Shown here: piece by piece, positions 9,359 to 18,363 of the stretch | Layout: every line of letters begins with the position of its first letter | How positions within the stretch are numbered: the stretch's first letter is position 1 | Origin: a virus | Virus record (IMG/VR): IMGVR_UViG_3300020599_000003 | Location: 113,804-177,803 of that record | Strand: one strand, 5' to 3' | DNA: 64,000 nucleotides | Program-made: the position numbers and the translations under genes | The notes under the pieces: model-generated | Database searches by the model: none | Seen by the model: only the letters and a program-made list of their open reading frames with translations | What the model was told of the DNA's origin: nothing

Positions 9359-9697
9359 TTATTGATTCGTGTAGAGAGTGGTAGTTCCGTCGGATACGAC
9401 AACGAAAGAGCCAGCCGGGAGTATGTTGTTTTGGTCGTACCAGACATCGCTCGCCCAGAAAGTGCCGAGCACTCCCTGACTGAACAGTTCGTACCGTACA
9501 ACTGGATCATATGCCTTTGCGAACCAGTGGTTATCGTCTTTCTGGATGTTCTCCAGGAGAACGCTGCTCAAGATGACGGTGGAACTCGGTCGGATATTCA
9601 GAGCGATGAAGGACTTGACGTCGTTGAAGTCGCACACGGCATGTTGGTCTTGACTGGCGATGGCCGCTTCGATTTGCTCCTTCGTGAGAATGGTCAT
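9359..9697 (-). CDS. Small protein resembling an internal segment of jumbo-phage major capsid protein
   Basis: YDPVVRYELFSQGVLGT...ILPAGSFVVVS recalls the capsid DPV..ELL.TG.LGT...VL..G.IY.V segment (from memory). Confidence 0.45.
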   Translation of the reverse strand: MTILTKEQIEAAIASQDQHAVCDFNDVKSFIALNIRPSSTVILSSVLLENIQKDDNHWFAKAYDPVVRYELFSQGVLGTFWASDVWYDQNNILPAGSFVVVSDGTTTLYTNQ

Positions 9698-9993
9698 AGG
9701 TTGGATACCTCTTTAAACTTGGATTTGATGGAGTCTGTGATGCGGATGACGACTGCCTCAGAAGGGGGACGCTCCCCAACCAAAGCAGCGATGGTCTGTG
9801 CTGACGGTGGATTGCCGTCGAAGGCGCTGGAGTACTTGCATACTCCAGTCTTCCGGTGCTTCCACGTGCAAGACCCTGAAGGCAGGGGGCATACCGGCGT
9901 GATGAGCTTAGCGTTGATGACGACGCACTTGGTATGGTCCTCACCTTCCGAGGCGGCGGAGACAAGTCCGGCCGCTAGGTTGGCTTGGTTCAT
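9694..9993 (-). CDS. Cys/His-rich hypothetical protein
   Basis: Start MNQANL at 9993; CPLPSGSCTWKHRKTGVCKY. Confidence 0.6.
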   Translation of the reverse strand: MNQANLAAGLVSAASEGEDHTKCVVINAKLITPVCPLPSGSCTWKHRKTGVCKYSSAFDGNPPSAQTIAALVGERPPSEAVVIRITDSIKSKFKEVSNL

Positions 9994-10013
9994 AGAATAC
10001 TTTACTACATTCG

Positions 10014-10718
10014 TTATGTGGAGATCTCTCGCTTGCGAGCTGCTCTGGCATCCAGCATGCGCTGTCGGTATTCGGGATCTTGCCAACGCTTTCTGATGAA
10101 GTCACTAAAAGCTTTGCGGCGATCAGGATCATCCCAGTCCTTCTTCCTCTGTGCGGAAAGTGCCGCCCGATGTGACGGATCCTGACCGAGCTTCTTCATT
10201 GACTGGCTCAACGTCTTGCGGTACTCTGGGTCCTGAGCAGCCTCTCTTCGCTTGGATGTCAGACGTGCCCTGTAAGAAGGGTCTTGCCAGAGCTTCTTGT
10301 TGGCGTCGCTGCGTTCCCTTCGTAGTTCTGGATCGGACCATTCAGACTTCCGTACTTCGGACATCTTCTTCCGCGTCGATTCGGAATGACGGAATCCAGA
10401 CACCCCTTCGCCTCCAACTGTCAAGTTCGTCAGGCATCCTGTACCATCAACTTCTCTGCCATAGTAGGCAATCCATTCACATTCTAGTTTGAATGCCTGA
10501 GCTTCAGTAAGACTTTCGGCGAGTATCTTGATGCGGATGCGCTTGCCTTCCGCCAGATCCTTCTTGATGATGTTGTTCTTATGCGTGTTGGCACGCAACT
10601 TGCTTTCTAGGAAGTGCTTCTCTGCGCGGTAGCCTTGGCCCTTACCTATATAGAACGGCTTCTTCTTACGCTCGCGTTACAGGGCGTACACATAGAAGAT
10701 TTGCCGATTGGTGCTCAC
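10014..10718 (-). pseudogene. GIY-YIG homing endonuclease with NUMOD3-like repeats, interrupted by an in-frame TAA at 10677-10679
   Basis: GTG 10718: MSTNRQIFYVYAL*RERKKKPFYIGKG; the paralog at 40402 reads YVYGLYRERKQKPFYIGKG. Confidence 0.85.
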
Positions 10719-10885
10719 TTCGCACCCCGCTTCTTGAGCGACTGGCGGACTGCATCGCAGATGAGCTTGCTGACGGATACGTGAGGACTACCATCAGCAG
10801 AGCTTTTCAACGAGATCATCTTGAGTTGGTTCAGGAGCTTACGCTCGATACTCAAGGAGGTGACGGTGAGTTCAGGCTTCTTCAT
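10715..10885 (-). CDS. Ribbon-helix-helix-like small DNA-binding protein (56 aa; not in the ORF track)
   Basis: MKKPELTVTSLSIERKLLNQLKMISLKSSADGSPHVSVSKLICDAVRQSLKKRGAK; GTGA overlap with the endonuclease. Confidence 0.6.
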   Translation of the reverse strand: MKKPELTVTSLSIERKLLNQLKMISLKSSADGSPHVSVSKLICDAVRQSLKKRGAK

Positions 10886-10898
10886 GGCGCTAGTACCT

Positions 10899-10925
10899 AG
10901 TGGTTAGTAGTGCCATAAAATTGGG
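10899..10925 (-). promoter_or_regulatory. 27-bp element identical to 41287-41313
   Basis: CCCAATTTTATGGCACTACTAACCACT. Confidence 0.7.
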
Positions 10926-10935
10926 CCTGGTGTGG

Positions 10936-11922
10936 TCAGGCTGCCTTGAGGACAGACTCTCTCAAGCGTAGCAGGGATCCAACCTTATCTACTTCCATGC
11001 CTGCTGCTATAAAATGCGCTTCGAGAAATTCAGGTATGGATATGCGGATGGCCTCGCCTTGAGCGTGGTCCACATTCATGATCGCCTTGAGGTCCTCCTT
11101 GGTGCGGAAGGAGTTCGTCTGGCGGGTAGTTAGGTGCGCCCAGTCTTCCTGAGTGACGTCAGCACCATCGCTGATGATCAGACGATACAGGATGTGCGGG
11201 CTGGCATCGGCGTTGTCGAGGTCTTCCTTCGACTTGACGATCAACGTGCGGAGCAAAACTGCTGGATCGTGACGTCGTAGTTGGACATTGTAGTCGCGAG
11301 GCGAGTTGAACCGCACGTGAGCGAAGGACTTGTCCTCGCTTTCTCCGTAGCGTGTCTGGTACAGAGTGCCTGGGAAGTACGTGTTGCGCACCCGCTGAGC
11401 CTTGTGGATGTGGCCGATGATGGCGACAGCCTTGGACTCGTCGTCGGACTTGACGGGACGCCCGTTATCGTTGACTGCTCCGGCGACATCGACGTGCGCA
11501 ATGTTGAGCGCGTGAGGGTCGAAGCTACGATGCGGGAATGGTAGGAACTGCACCTTGCACCCGTCAATCAGCTTCTTCGTAGGCTTCGTGTAGACTGAGA
11601 CGTTGGAGCGACGTGCCTGCATCAGCAACTGAAGGCTGTGACCTGCGGCAGGGTCGTCCCCATACATGTCGTGGTTCCCGAGGATGAAGTGGAAATGCAG
11701 CGAAGGGAACTCATCAAGCAGGCCCAGGAGGGCGATGTGCGACTCGTAGGACATGCGTGGCTTGCTGCATGTGTCACCGAGCATGAAGACGTGCTGGATG
11801 CCGCGCTCGACTGCATAGTTGCACGGACCTCGTAGTTCATTGGTCACGAAGCTGGGACCATCCTCGACGAGGTTGAAGATGTTCCCATCGTAGTGGGCAT
11901 CGCCTAATGCAATGGCTTCCAC
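10936..11922 (-). CDS. sbcD: Mre11/SbcD-like (T4 gp47-type) recombination nuclease
   Basis: GDAH, LGD, GNHD, HVD and GHIH metallophosphoesterase motifs, then FPGTLYQ; probable GTG start at 11922. Confidence 0.85.
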   Translation of the reverse strand: MEAIALGDAHYDGNIFNLVEDGPSFVTNELRGPCNYAVERGIQHVFMLGDTCSKPRMSYESHIALLGLLDEFPSLHFHFILGNHDMYGDDPAAGHSLQLLMQARRSNVSVYTKPTKKLIDGCKVQFLPFPHRSFDPHALNIAHVDVAGAVNDNGRPVKSDDESKAVAIIGHIHKAQRVRNTYFPGTLYQTRYGESEDKSFAHVRFNSPRDYNVQLRRHDPAVLLRTLIVKSKEDLDNADASPHILYRLIISDGADVTQEDWAHLTTRQTNSFRTKEDLKAIMNVDHAQGEAIRISIPEFLEAHFIAAGMEVDKVGSLLRLRESVLKAA

Positions 11923-11945
11923 GTTGCTACCTGTTAGATGAGGCG

Positions 11946-12190
11946 CTACCAAAGAGTACAGCGCCGGGTTGGGGTTGGGGAAGAGGACCACGCTGATGAT
12001 CGGGAAGTCCATCTCTTCGTTCGACTAGAGCTTCTCACCGTCGACTAGGACGGAACCTTGATCCAACCAGCGTTGGAGCTCACTGCGGCTGGCGGGGCTT
12101 GACCTCGCGCTTCTCCGCCTTGGTGTCCACTTCGATAGTGATGAAGTTGCAGACCTTGTGGAGGTCTGCCAGCCAGTCACGCGCTTTCAT
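11946..12190 (-). pseudogene. Decayed small S4-like RNA-binding-domain protein
   Basis: Removing two extra C bases in C-runs and reading through a TAG (12025-12027) gives an 80-aa protein: MKARDWL...KPASRSELQRWLDQGSVLVDGEKL*SNEEMDFPIISVVLFPNPNRRCTLW. Confidence 0.6.
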
Positions 12191-12386
12191 GCTCACGCTC
12201 CGGTAGTGATTGTGGCTTGCCGAACACTTGCTCCATCTCGGCGGATGATCTTATGATGCGAGGGCTACGTGGTAGCGTACTCACGTCGGCCTCTCGGGCC
12301 ACCACATATGATGGAACATATTTACGCCGCTTGATGCGGCGAGCAATGAGCGAGATGAACTCAGCTATCAGGCGAAAGAGGTCCAT
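12177..12386 (-). CDS. Hypothetical protein
   Basis: 69 aa; strong RBS TAAGGAGG. Confidence 0.7.
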   Translation of the reverse strand: MDLFRLIAEFISLIARRIKRRKYVPSYVVAREADVSTLPRSPRIIRSSAEMEQVFGKPQSLPEREHESA

Positions 12387-12397
12387 TCTTGGCCTCC

Positions 12398-12669
12398 TTA
12401 GTTTGAGGGACTATCACAGATGACGATGTCGCAAACATCCCGACGCAGATCACGGCCGTAGTACTCGCCAGCGAGGAGCTCGCGTTCGTCGAAGATGCTG
12501 GCACGGTGCCAGAGCCCCCATCCACCACATCGGGTGCAGATGACCGTACCGTGGCCGAAGGTGGACTTGCGCGGAATGTCTGCAAGGTCGCGCAGATGGC
12601 GACGCAGGGGCTGTCGGGGCGTTCCATTAGCGGCGACGCTGAGTCCGCCACCATTCGCAGGTCTTCCAT
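12398..12669 (-). pseudogene. Probable frameshifted small Zn-finger protein
   Basis: GC3-rich codons switch frame near ACC TTG CAG; joined product MEDLRMVADSASPLMERPDSPCVAICATL/ADIPRKSTFGHGTVICTRCGGWGLWHR... Confidence 0.4.
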
Positions 12670-12670
12670 G

Positions 12671-13477
12671 CTAGGCTCGTTTCTTTTCGTTGAAGTATTC
12701 TTCGGATGCGGTGATCCAATCGCGCACGAACTTGGACCGCACGATATCCTCTTTCTGGAAGTCCACGTACGTCATGCCGCCGATGCGTTGCATGATGTTA
12801 ATGAAGTCTTGCAGGCCCGAGGTCTCCTTGCTGCGCGTGGAGAGGTCACACTGGCGGGTGTCACCGGATACGATGATGCGTGAGTTCTTACCTACCCGGG
12901 TCATGACCGAGTTGATCTCGTGGAACGTCATGTTCTGGGCTTCGTCCACCACGATGATGGCATTGTTCCAGGTGACGCCACGCAGGAAGGATGTGGACTT
13001 GAATACTACCTTCTTGGCCTCCTTCATGTCACTGTAGGTAGCCTCGCGACCGAAGATAGCAGCCATCGCTTCCTGATAGGGTTGCTCGTACTCGGCCAGC
13101 TTCTCGTCGACAGTGCCCGGGGTGAAACCGAGCTCACGCCCCTGGACGGCACTGCGCACAATGACGATGTGGTCCTGCTCGGCCTCCTTATCGAAGACGG
13201 ACTGGCACGCAAAGTACGAGCTGAGGAAAGTCTTGCCCGTACCAGCATGACCAGTCAGGGTGAGCGACTGGCCGGAAGCCCATGCATCCCGGGCCGCGTG
13301 CTGACGATCATTGGCGGGGCGCAGCGCACACATGTCGAGCAGCGTCCAGCGCTTCCGCTTGTCGGGTCCACGCTGACGAGCAGTTTGATCCTCAACCACC
13401 GCTTCGAGTTCATCGTTGAGGAGCGCGGCACGTTTGCGAGCTCGTTTGGCTACTGCTGCGGACTGAGACTTTGCCAT
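12671..13477 (-). CDS. phoH: PhoH-family ATPase
   Basis: LTGHAGTGKT, GFTPGTVDEK, SFLRGVTW, IVDEAQN, GDTRQCDL, DIVRSKFV. Confidence 0.93.
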   Translation of the reverse strand: MAKSQSAAVAKRARKRAALLNDELEAVVEDQTARQRGPDKRKRWTLLDMCALRPANDRQHAARDAWASGQSLTLTGHAGTGKTFLSSYFACQSVFDKEAEQDHIVIVRSAVQGRELGFTPGTVDEKLAEYEQPYQEAMAAIFGREATYSDMKEAKKVVFKSTSFLRGVTWNNAIIVVDEAQNMTFHEINSVMTRVGKNSRIIVSGDTRQCDLSTRSKETSGLQDFINIMQRIGGMTYVDFQKEDIVRSKFVRDWITASEEYFNEKKRA

Positions 13478-13535
13478 TGGATGCTTCCGTTAGAGGTTTG
13501 CAGGAGGGGCGATGGCGAAGGATCGAAAGTCCGTG

Positions 13536-13808
13536 TTACCTTCGCGGTTGGTGTGGAACTCCCCATAGATCACCTCTGCCCTCCGGACATTCAGGAGCCT
13601 TGAAGCCAAGAGGTTCTTTCTCGCCGCGCTGACCAGGACCCCAATCCAGGGCATCATACTTGCCGGTCAGGACGCCCCACGCAGCCTTCAAGCGCCAGAT
13701 GAAGGGTCCACCTCCCGGGCGGCAGGGCACGTAGGTCTTGGCAGAGGGATTGCCGAGGTCTGTGGAAATTTCCCAGTCTTGGATTTCTTTGACGGTGAAC
13801 TTGGGCAT
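13536..13808 (-). CDS. Hypothetical protein
   Basis: 90 aa; WRLKAAWGVLTGKYDALDW motif; overlaps the terminase stop. Confidence 0.65.
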   Translation of the reverse strand: MPKFTVKEIQDWEISTDLGNPSAKTYVPCRPGGGPFIWRLKAAWGVLTGKYDALDWGPGQRGEKEPLGFKAPECPEGRGDLWGVPHQPRR

Positions 13809-15949
13809 TACGCTCTCCTGAAGCGTGATAGAGGACTGCCAAAGCCTGACCGCCCGACGAAGATGCCGACGGGGTGGCCTGAGGAAGCGTCATTCGCATA
13901 CACACACGCAGCCTTCTTCACGATGTCATACGTTGTGCGGAAAGTCACGGCCCATACACCTAGGACCACGGCGCGGAACACGTCGTCCGTGTAGTCCACA
14001 GCTTTCTCAGGACACGCACCTCCACCACCTTGCTGCACGGTGAGGAACTGATGGAGCAGATGATGGACAGGCTTGTTGAGGAAGTACGTGCGGTAGTCGT
14101 CAATGTCCGCCTTCTTGATCTCGGTCGCTTCCTCAATGGAGAGCTCCGGCAAGATCAGGTTGGCATTCCATAACGTCTGCAGGAAGTTGTCGAAGTCCGA
14201 TCGCTTGAGCGTCTGCTGGCGCACCTGCATGCCCGGGATGTCGTCTCTGATACGCGAGAGTAGGTCCAGCGAGTTCCAACGGTCGGCCACCAGGAGCTGC
14301 CCGTTCATCGACTTGGTGAACGGGAGCAGCACGTTCTTGTAGACGCGGTTGAAGTTAATGGTCTTGCCACCACGCGGGATGAGCTCGAGGACGGCAGGCA
14401 CGGTGACCTTGTACTCGTTGTCCGGATCCAAACCTACAGCAGCAATGCCGAAGCTGTTGTTGCTGTAGCCCGCGTCTATTGAAATGGCCGTGGGAAACTT
14501 ACATTTACCCGGTACAGCGTTCTTGAGGGTTCCCCAGATCTCCTCTTCGCTGGCTTCATACTCCAGCTTGATGGCGTTCTTGGCACCACGGAACGGGTAG
14601 CGGTCCTTCGTGTAGTGAGTGTGAGGGATGAAGGTGTTGGTGGTCAGCGGAGGTTGGGCACCGAAGTCCCGCATCGCCCCAATAGGGTCGGCCAGGAACT
14701 TACTCTTGATGAACTCAGAGTCGCGAGGAAGCGTGGGGTTGATTTCCCACGTTGCCATGTGCGAGCCTAGGTAGATCTTCTTACCTTCCTCGGTTTGCGT
14801 CAGACGATACCGACGCATCACCATGTCTTTGACGTGCTTGGGGGACGACAGGCCGAACAAGACAGGCATCGGCACGTAACTGTGACCGCGCATGATCAGC
14901 TCACGTGCTGCGGCGTTGACCGTACCGAGGCTGGACTCCAGCGAGTTGATCGCTTCCTTGGCGTTGGCGCGCTCGGAGGTCTCATCAGCATCGTCCTTGA
15001 TGACATCGCTCGGCATGGCGAACAGGCCAAGTTCGTCGATTGCCGCAAAGATACGAGTGTCACCACGGAGGATGGAAGCGTTCGGGTGGCTGGGATAGAT
15101 CCAGAGGTTCTTGCCGCCAGCCCATACCTTGATGAAGAGGTCCTTCTTTCGATACAGCTCAGCACCGTACTGCTTACCATAGTGATCCAGGAGCTTGAAG
15201 TACTCCGCGAACCACGGAGTCATCGTCACGTAGCTCATGAATGGGGACCACAGAAGCGACACTGCCTTGTTGAAGGTCAGCGACACCATAGTCCCGGTGA
15301 GCGGCGTGAAGGGCTGGATGCGGTGCGGGGCAAGCGTTGCCATCGGAGGCATCTTCAGGTGGCGATGGAAGATGTACGCCATAGCTGAGGAGCCGGTGAG
15401 GGACTTACCAGCCCGCTGGCCCCACATGAGGTCGAGCTCCTGATAGAGATACATCAGGCCACTCTTGACGAAGTCTGCCTTGGTGCGCTTACACTTGGGG
15501 CACTTCCCATATTCCAGGAGCGTGATGTGACCCTTGAGGTCCGCCGTGCCGTAGTCCACAGGCACACCAAGAGGGTCTAACCACTTGTGGTCCTTGGTGC
15601 AGACCGGGCAGTAGTCCCCGAACAGGCGTAGATACGTCAGCATCTGGCGAGCCCACGGAGGGTTCGCCTTACAGTAGTTTGTCGAGAAGTCGAAGTAGTT
15701 CTTCGCCAGCGGCAGGTCCCGATCATCGATCTTCAGGTCGCGCATCGCACCCGTCGCGGGGTCGATGGCTTCGTTCATCAGCTGGTGGATGTCGAAGTCC
15801 CCCGGCAAATTAGCCGCAGCCGCGAGAGCGGGATGGTCTGGTTTGACGAGATCTAGGAGCTCGGGGTCGGTATCAGCGGTCTGACTTGCCGTTCCGAATA
15901 GTTCCGGGAACAGGAGGCTGATTTCGCGGGATAGCGTGTCCTTGTCCAT
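13808..15949 (-). CDS. terL: Terminase large subunit
   Basis: WGQRAGKS Walker A, FAAIDELG Walker B, SIDAGYSNNSFGI RNase-H nuclease, terminal DDVFRA; N-terminal CPVC/CPKC. Confidence 0.85.
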   Translation of the reverse strand: MDKDTLSREISLLFPELFGTASQTADTDPELLDLVKPDHPALAAAANLPGDFDIHQLMNEAIDPATGAMRDLKIDDRDLPLAKNYFDFSTNYCKANPPWARQMLTYLRLFGDYCPVCTKDHKWLDPLGVPVDYGTADLKGHITLLEYGKCPKCKRTKADFVKSGLMYLYQELDLMWGQRAGKSLTGSSAMAYIFHRHLKMPPMATLAPHRIQPFTPLTGTMVSLTFNKAVSLLWSPFMSYVTMTPWFAEYFKLLDHYGKQYGAELYRKKDLFIKVWAGGKNLWIYPSHPNASILRGDTRIFAAIDELGLFAMPSDVIKDDADETSERANAKEAINSLESSLGTVNAAARELIMRGHSYVPMPVLFGLSSPKHVKDMVMRRYRLTQTEEGKKIYLGSHMATWEINPTLPRDSEFIKSKFLADPIGAMRDFGAQPPLTTNTFIPHTHYTKDRYPFRGAKNAIKLEYEASEEEIWGTLKNAVPGKCKFPTAISIDAGYSNNSFGIAAVGLDPDNEYKVTVPAVLELIPRGGKTINFNRVYKNVLLPFTKSMNGQLLVADRWNSLDLLSRIRDDIPGMQVRQQTLKRSDFDNFLQTLWNANLILPELSIEEATEIKKADIDDYRTYFLNKPVHHLLHQFLTVQQGGGGACPEKAVDYTDDVFRAVVLGVWAVTFRTTYDIVKKAACVYANDASSGHPVGIFVGRSGFGSPLSRFRRA

Positions 15950-16547
15950 TGAGGAATACCACTTCCTTCGGCTGAACCGGAGTCTCTACCGTGAGGGCCT
16001 CGGGGTCAACCTTGAAAAACGAACCGATGAACTTCGCCATGCGGGCCTGCACGGCGCGGCGCACTAACTTGTCGAAGTGAACGTAGGGCGCACCGTCGAC
16101 AGTGATGCCTAGCATCTTCTGGATGACGTCCTGTGCTTGGGCTGCGCCGGTGCTGGAGGCCAGGAGTAGTGGGTTGATCTCGTTGAGGAAGAACTCCCGC
16201 ACCTTGTCGATGTTCTTGGTGACATAGTCAGGGAACTCGTCCTTATATGCATCTACCCGCCGCTGGATCACATCTTCGATAGTCTGCGATGCCCTGCGTC
16301 GTGAATTGGCGGTTGCGGCCTTGAGACGAGTCACTTCCTCTTTGGTCGATTCGGGGAGCCGATAGAAGAATCGGCTGCGGAACTTGCGAGGCGCATCGAC
16401 AGCCGGTGCGGGAGTAGCGACTGGCCGCACCGGCTCAGCCATTGCACGCATGAAGTCGGCGGTGACAGCCTTACTATCCTCCGTCGACATCCCTGCGGTC
16501 AGGCTCTTCGATCGCCCCCGTGAGAGGGCGATTGTTGCCATACTCAA
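15873..16547 (-). CDS. Hypothetical protein upstream of terL
   Basis: 224 aa; 77-nt overlap with terL. Confidence 0.65.
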   Translation of the reverse strand: MSMATIALSRGRSKSLTAGMSTEDSKAVTADFMRAMAEPVRPVATPAPAVDAPRKFRSRFFYRLPESTKEEVTRLKAATANSRRRASQTIEDVIQRRVDAYKDEFPDYVTKNIDKVREFFLNEINPLLLASSTGAAQAQDVIQKMLGITVDGAPYVHFDKLVRRAVQARMAKFIGSFFKVDPEALTVETPVQPKEVVFLNGQGHAIPRNQPPVPGTIRNGKSDR

Positions 16548-16792
16548 CCTTCTTCGTTGTTGTCCATAGGCTCGTCGTCTTCGTAGTCCTCGTCGTCTTC
16601 GTAGTCTTCGTAGTCCTCGTCGTCTTCGACGTCGCGGCCATCATCGAAGATGGTGACCCCCCAACCGGCAGGTAGGACTAGAGTACCATCGTTAATGTCC
16701 AGGGCATCCTGGATTTCGTCGAGCAGTCGGTCCTGGTCATCTTCAGACAGTTCCTCAGCACCGACGTGTCGGGTCAGAAAGATAACGGGCAT
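16544..16792 (-). CDS. Small acidic protein
   Basis: 82 aa; EDDEDYED repeats. Confidence 0.7.
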   Translation of the reverse strand: MPVIFLTRHVGAEELSEDDQDRLLDEIQDALDINDGTLVLPAGWGVTIFDDGRDVEDDEDYEDYEDDEDYEDDEPMDNNEEG

Positions 16793-16795
16793 TGT

Positions 16796-18280
16796 TTACT
16801 CCTCTTCGTTGTGAAGTTCGGCGGTTTGGTCTTTCGGCAACTGCTTGGTACTGGCGCTTTCCAAGGCAGTGTAGAGCTCGTCACCGCGACCCGACAGGAC
16901 TTGCTTCTTGCACCATTGGCGAATGGGGAAGGGCTTCCCGAGACCGTGCTTCTGGCAGATCTCAGCCGCGCAGGAGCGTGGGTCGAGAATCCAGCGCTTC
17001 AGCTCAGCCCACGTAATGGTCTTGGTGGACTTGCCGTGCTTGTCCAAATTCAGAACCATTCGATTGCGGGCATCGCGTCCACCTGCGATCAACTGTCCGG
17101 TGAGATACAGGTAGTAGATCGTATCGAATACCGGGTCGATACCCTTCGCCTTGCCGTCGCGGGAATCGTGCAGCCAGATGCGCTGCCAGATTTCACGACC
17201 GGCAGGGGCTAGTAGCTTGTTCTTGTGAGTCTTGACGGACACATAGGAGTAGGCGTCCACGCCACCGTTCAACCCAGGTTCAACCTCGCATCCAGGCTTC
17301 TTCTTGGATGGAGTGGGCCATAGAGGGGCGGAGTTGATGGAGCGCTTGGTATGGCGGGTGCGGACGTCGCTCATGTACTTCAGGGCATTGCCACCCTTCT
17401 CGTCTTCCTTTGGGCCATACATCGCCATCGGGATTGCCGAGAGTTGATTGGTGCCCAGGACCGCAACCTTCTTCGCGGCCAGCATACCCTTGAAGCGCTT
17501 CAGACCAGCACTGAACATGCGGGCTTGCGAGGCCAGCGAATTATCGCCTTCGTCTTCATCCTTGGCGTCCGGATTGAGGCCAGCCCATGAGTCGATGAAC
17601 ACGATGCCTTGCAGTTTGCCGTTGGGGGCCGGGATGTAGATGCCGTCGTTGTTCTTGACAGACTTGTCGTGGTATTGAGCAAGATGGAGGTTGGCCTTCA
17701 CCTTCTCGTACTTGAGATACCACTTGTCCCCGATCTTCAGCTTGTCCGGCAAGCGCAGTAGAGTCGCTGTGAGCCAGTTGAAGAATATCTTGCCACGAGT
17801 GACGGTCCGGTAGTAGACGCGACCTGCGTGCACGACCCGACCTTCGCTGTCCTTCTTGCCGAAGAGTTGCTCACGAGTCATCTTGACACCAACCCCGTTC
17901 AAGATGCTGGTGATGTACGGAACCGAGTTCTTACTCGAACCCTCGGAGTCGAAGAACGCGATGATGGGGATTTCCGCGGCGATGGCCTCGCCCATCGTGT
18001 GGAACATGTTGGTCGTCTTCGCTGTCTGCTCGAATCCAGAATTAATGTTCAGCGACGGCAAAATGCCGCCACCCAAGGCCAAGTCCATGCAGAGGGAGCC
18101 GTGCGACAAGAGCTCGGTGTCCTCCATAACGTCAGCCGAGCCAACCAGCTTCTCGACTTCGCCCAGGATGCCGCCATACAGGTTCGGTACGCTCGAAGTG
18201 GCCTGCGAGGCTGCTTTCTTAACTGCTGCCTTCTTCACGGCCTTCTTGACCGCTTTCTTCACTGCCTTCTTGACAGCCAT
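16796..18280 (-). CDS. recA: RecA/UvsX-like recombinase with an N-terminal AVKK repeat
   Basis: SHGSLCMDLALGGGI, GFEQTAKTT, FFDSEG, IDSWAGL, ARMFS..LK, GTNQL, GGNALKY. Confidence 0.9.
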   Translation of the reverse strand: MAVKKAVKKAVKKAVKKAAVKKAASQATSSVPNLYGGILGEVEKLVGSADVMEDTELLSHGSLCMDLALGGGILPSLNINSGFEQTAKTTNMFHTMGEAIAAEIPIIAFFDSEGSSKNSVPYITSILNGVGVKMTREQLFGKKDSEGRVVHAGRVYYRTVTRGKIFFNWLTATLLRLPDKLKIGDKWYLKYEKVKANLHLAQYHDKSVKNNDGIYIPAPNGKLQGIVFIDSWAGLNPDAKDEDEGDNSLASQARMFSAGLKRFKGMLAAKKVAVLGTNQLSAIPMAMYGPKEDEKGGNALKYMSDVRTRHTKRSINSAPLWPTPSKKKPGCEVEPGLNGGVDAYSYVSVKTHKNKLLAPAGREIWQRIWLHDSRDGKAKGIDPVFDTIYYLYLTGQLIAGGRDARNRMVLNLDKHGKSTKTITWAELKRWILDPRSCAAEICQKHGLGKPFPIRQWCKKQVLSGRGDELYTALESASTKQLPKDQTAELHNEEE

Positions 18281-18307
18281 GTGTGAAATTCCTATGTGAA
18301 AACGAAA

Positions 18308-18342
18308 ACGGCCCGGTACACTGGTTTAGCATACCGGGCCGT
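18308..18342 (-). terminator. Terminator hairpin after the SSB gene
   Basis: acggcccggta/taccgggccgt 11-bp stem plus a T-run on the minus strand. Confidence 0.7.
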
Positions 18343-18363
18343 GTCATTTACTGCCGGGAGGGA

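Noticed and set aside
10677-12027. Stop-codon reassignment (TAG or TAA read-through) suggested by in-frame stops
   Set aside because: Long core genes have no internal stops, TAG terminates several normal genes (e.g. 7890, 12671, 40402), and the lesions co-occur with frameshifts.
15873-15949. Programmed frameshift joining the upstream ORF to terL, or a small terminase call
   Set aside because: No slippery site or TerS motif was recognised; a simple overlap suffices.
16796-18280. Catalytically dead RecA because of the Walker A variant GFEQTAKT
   Set aside because: The catalytic Lys-Thr and the downstream motifs are retained; this is probably lineage divergence.
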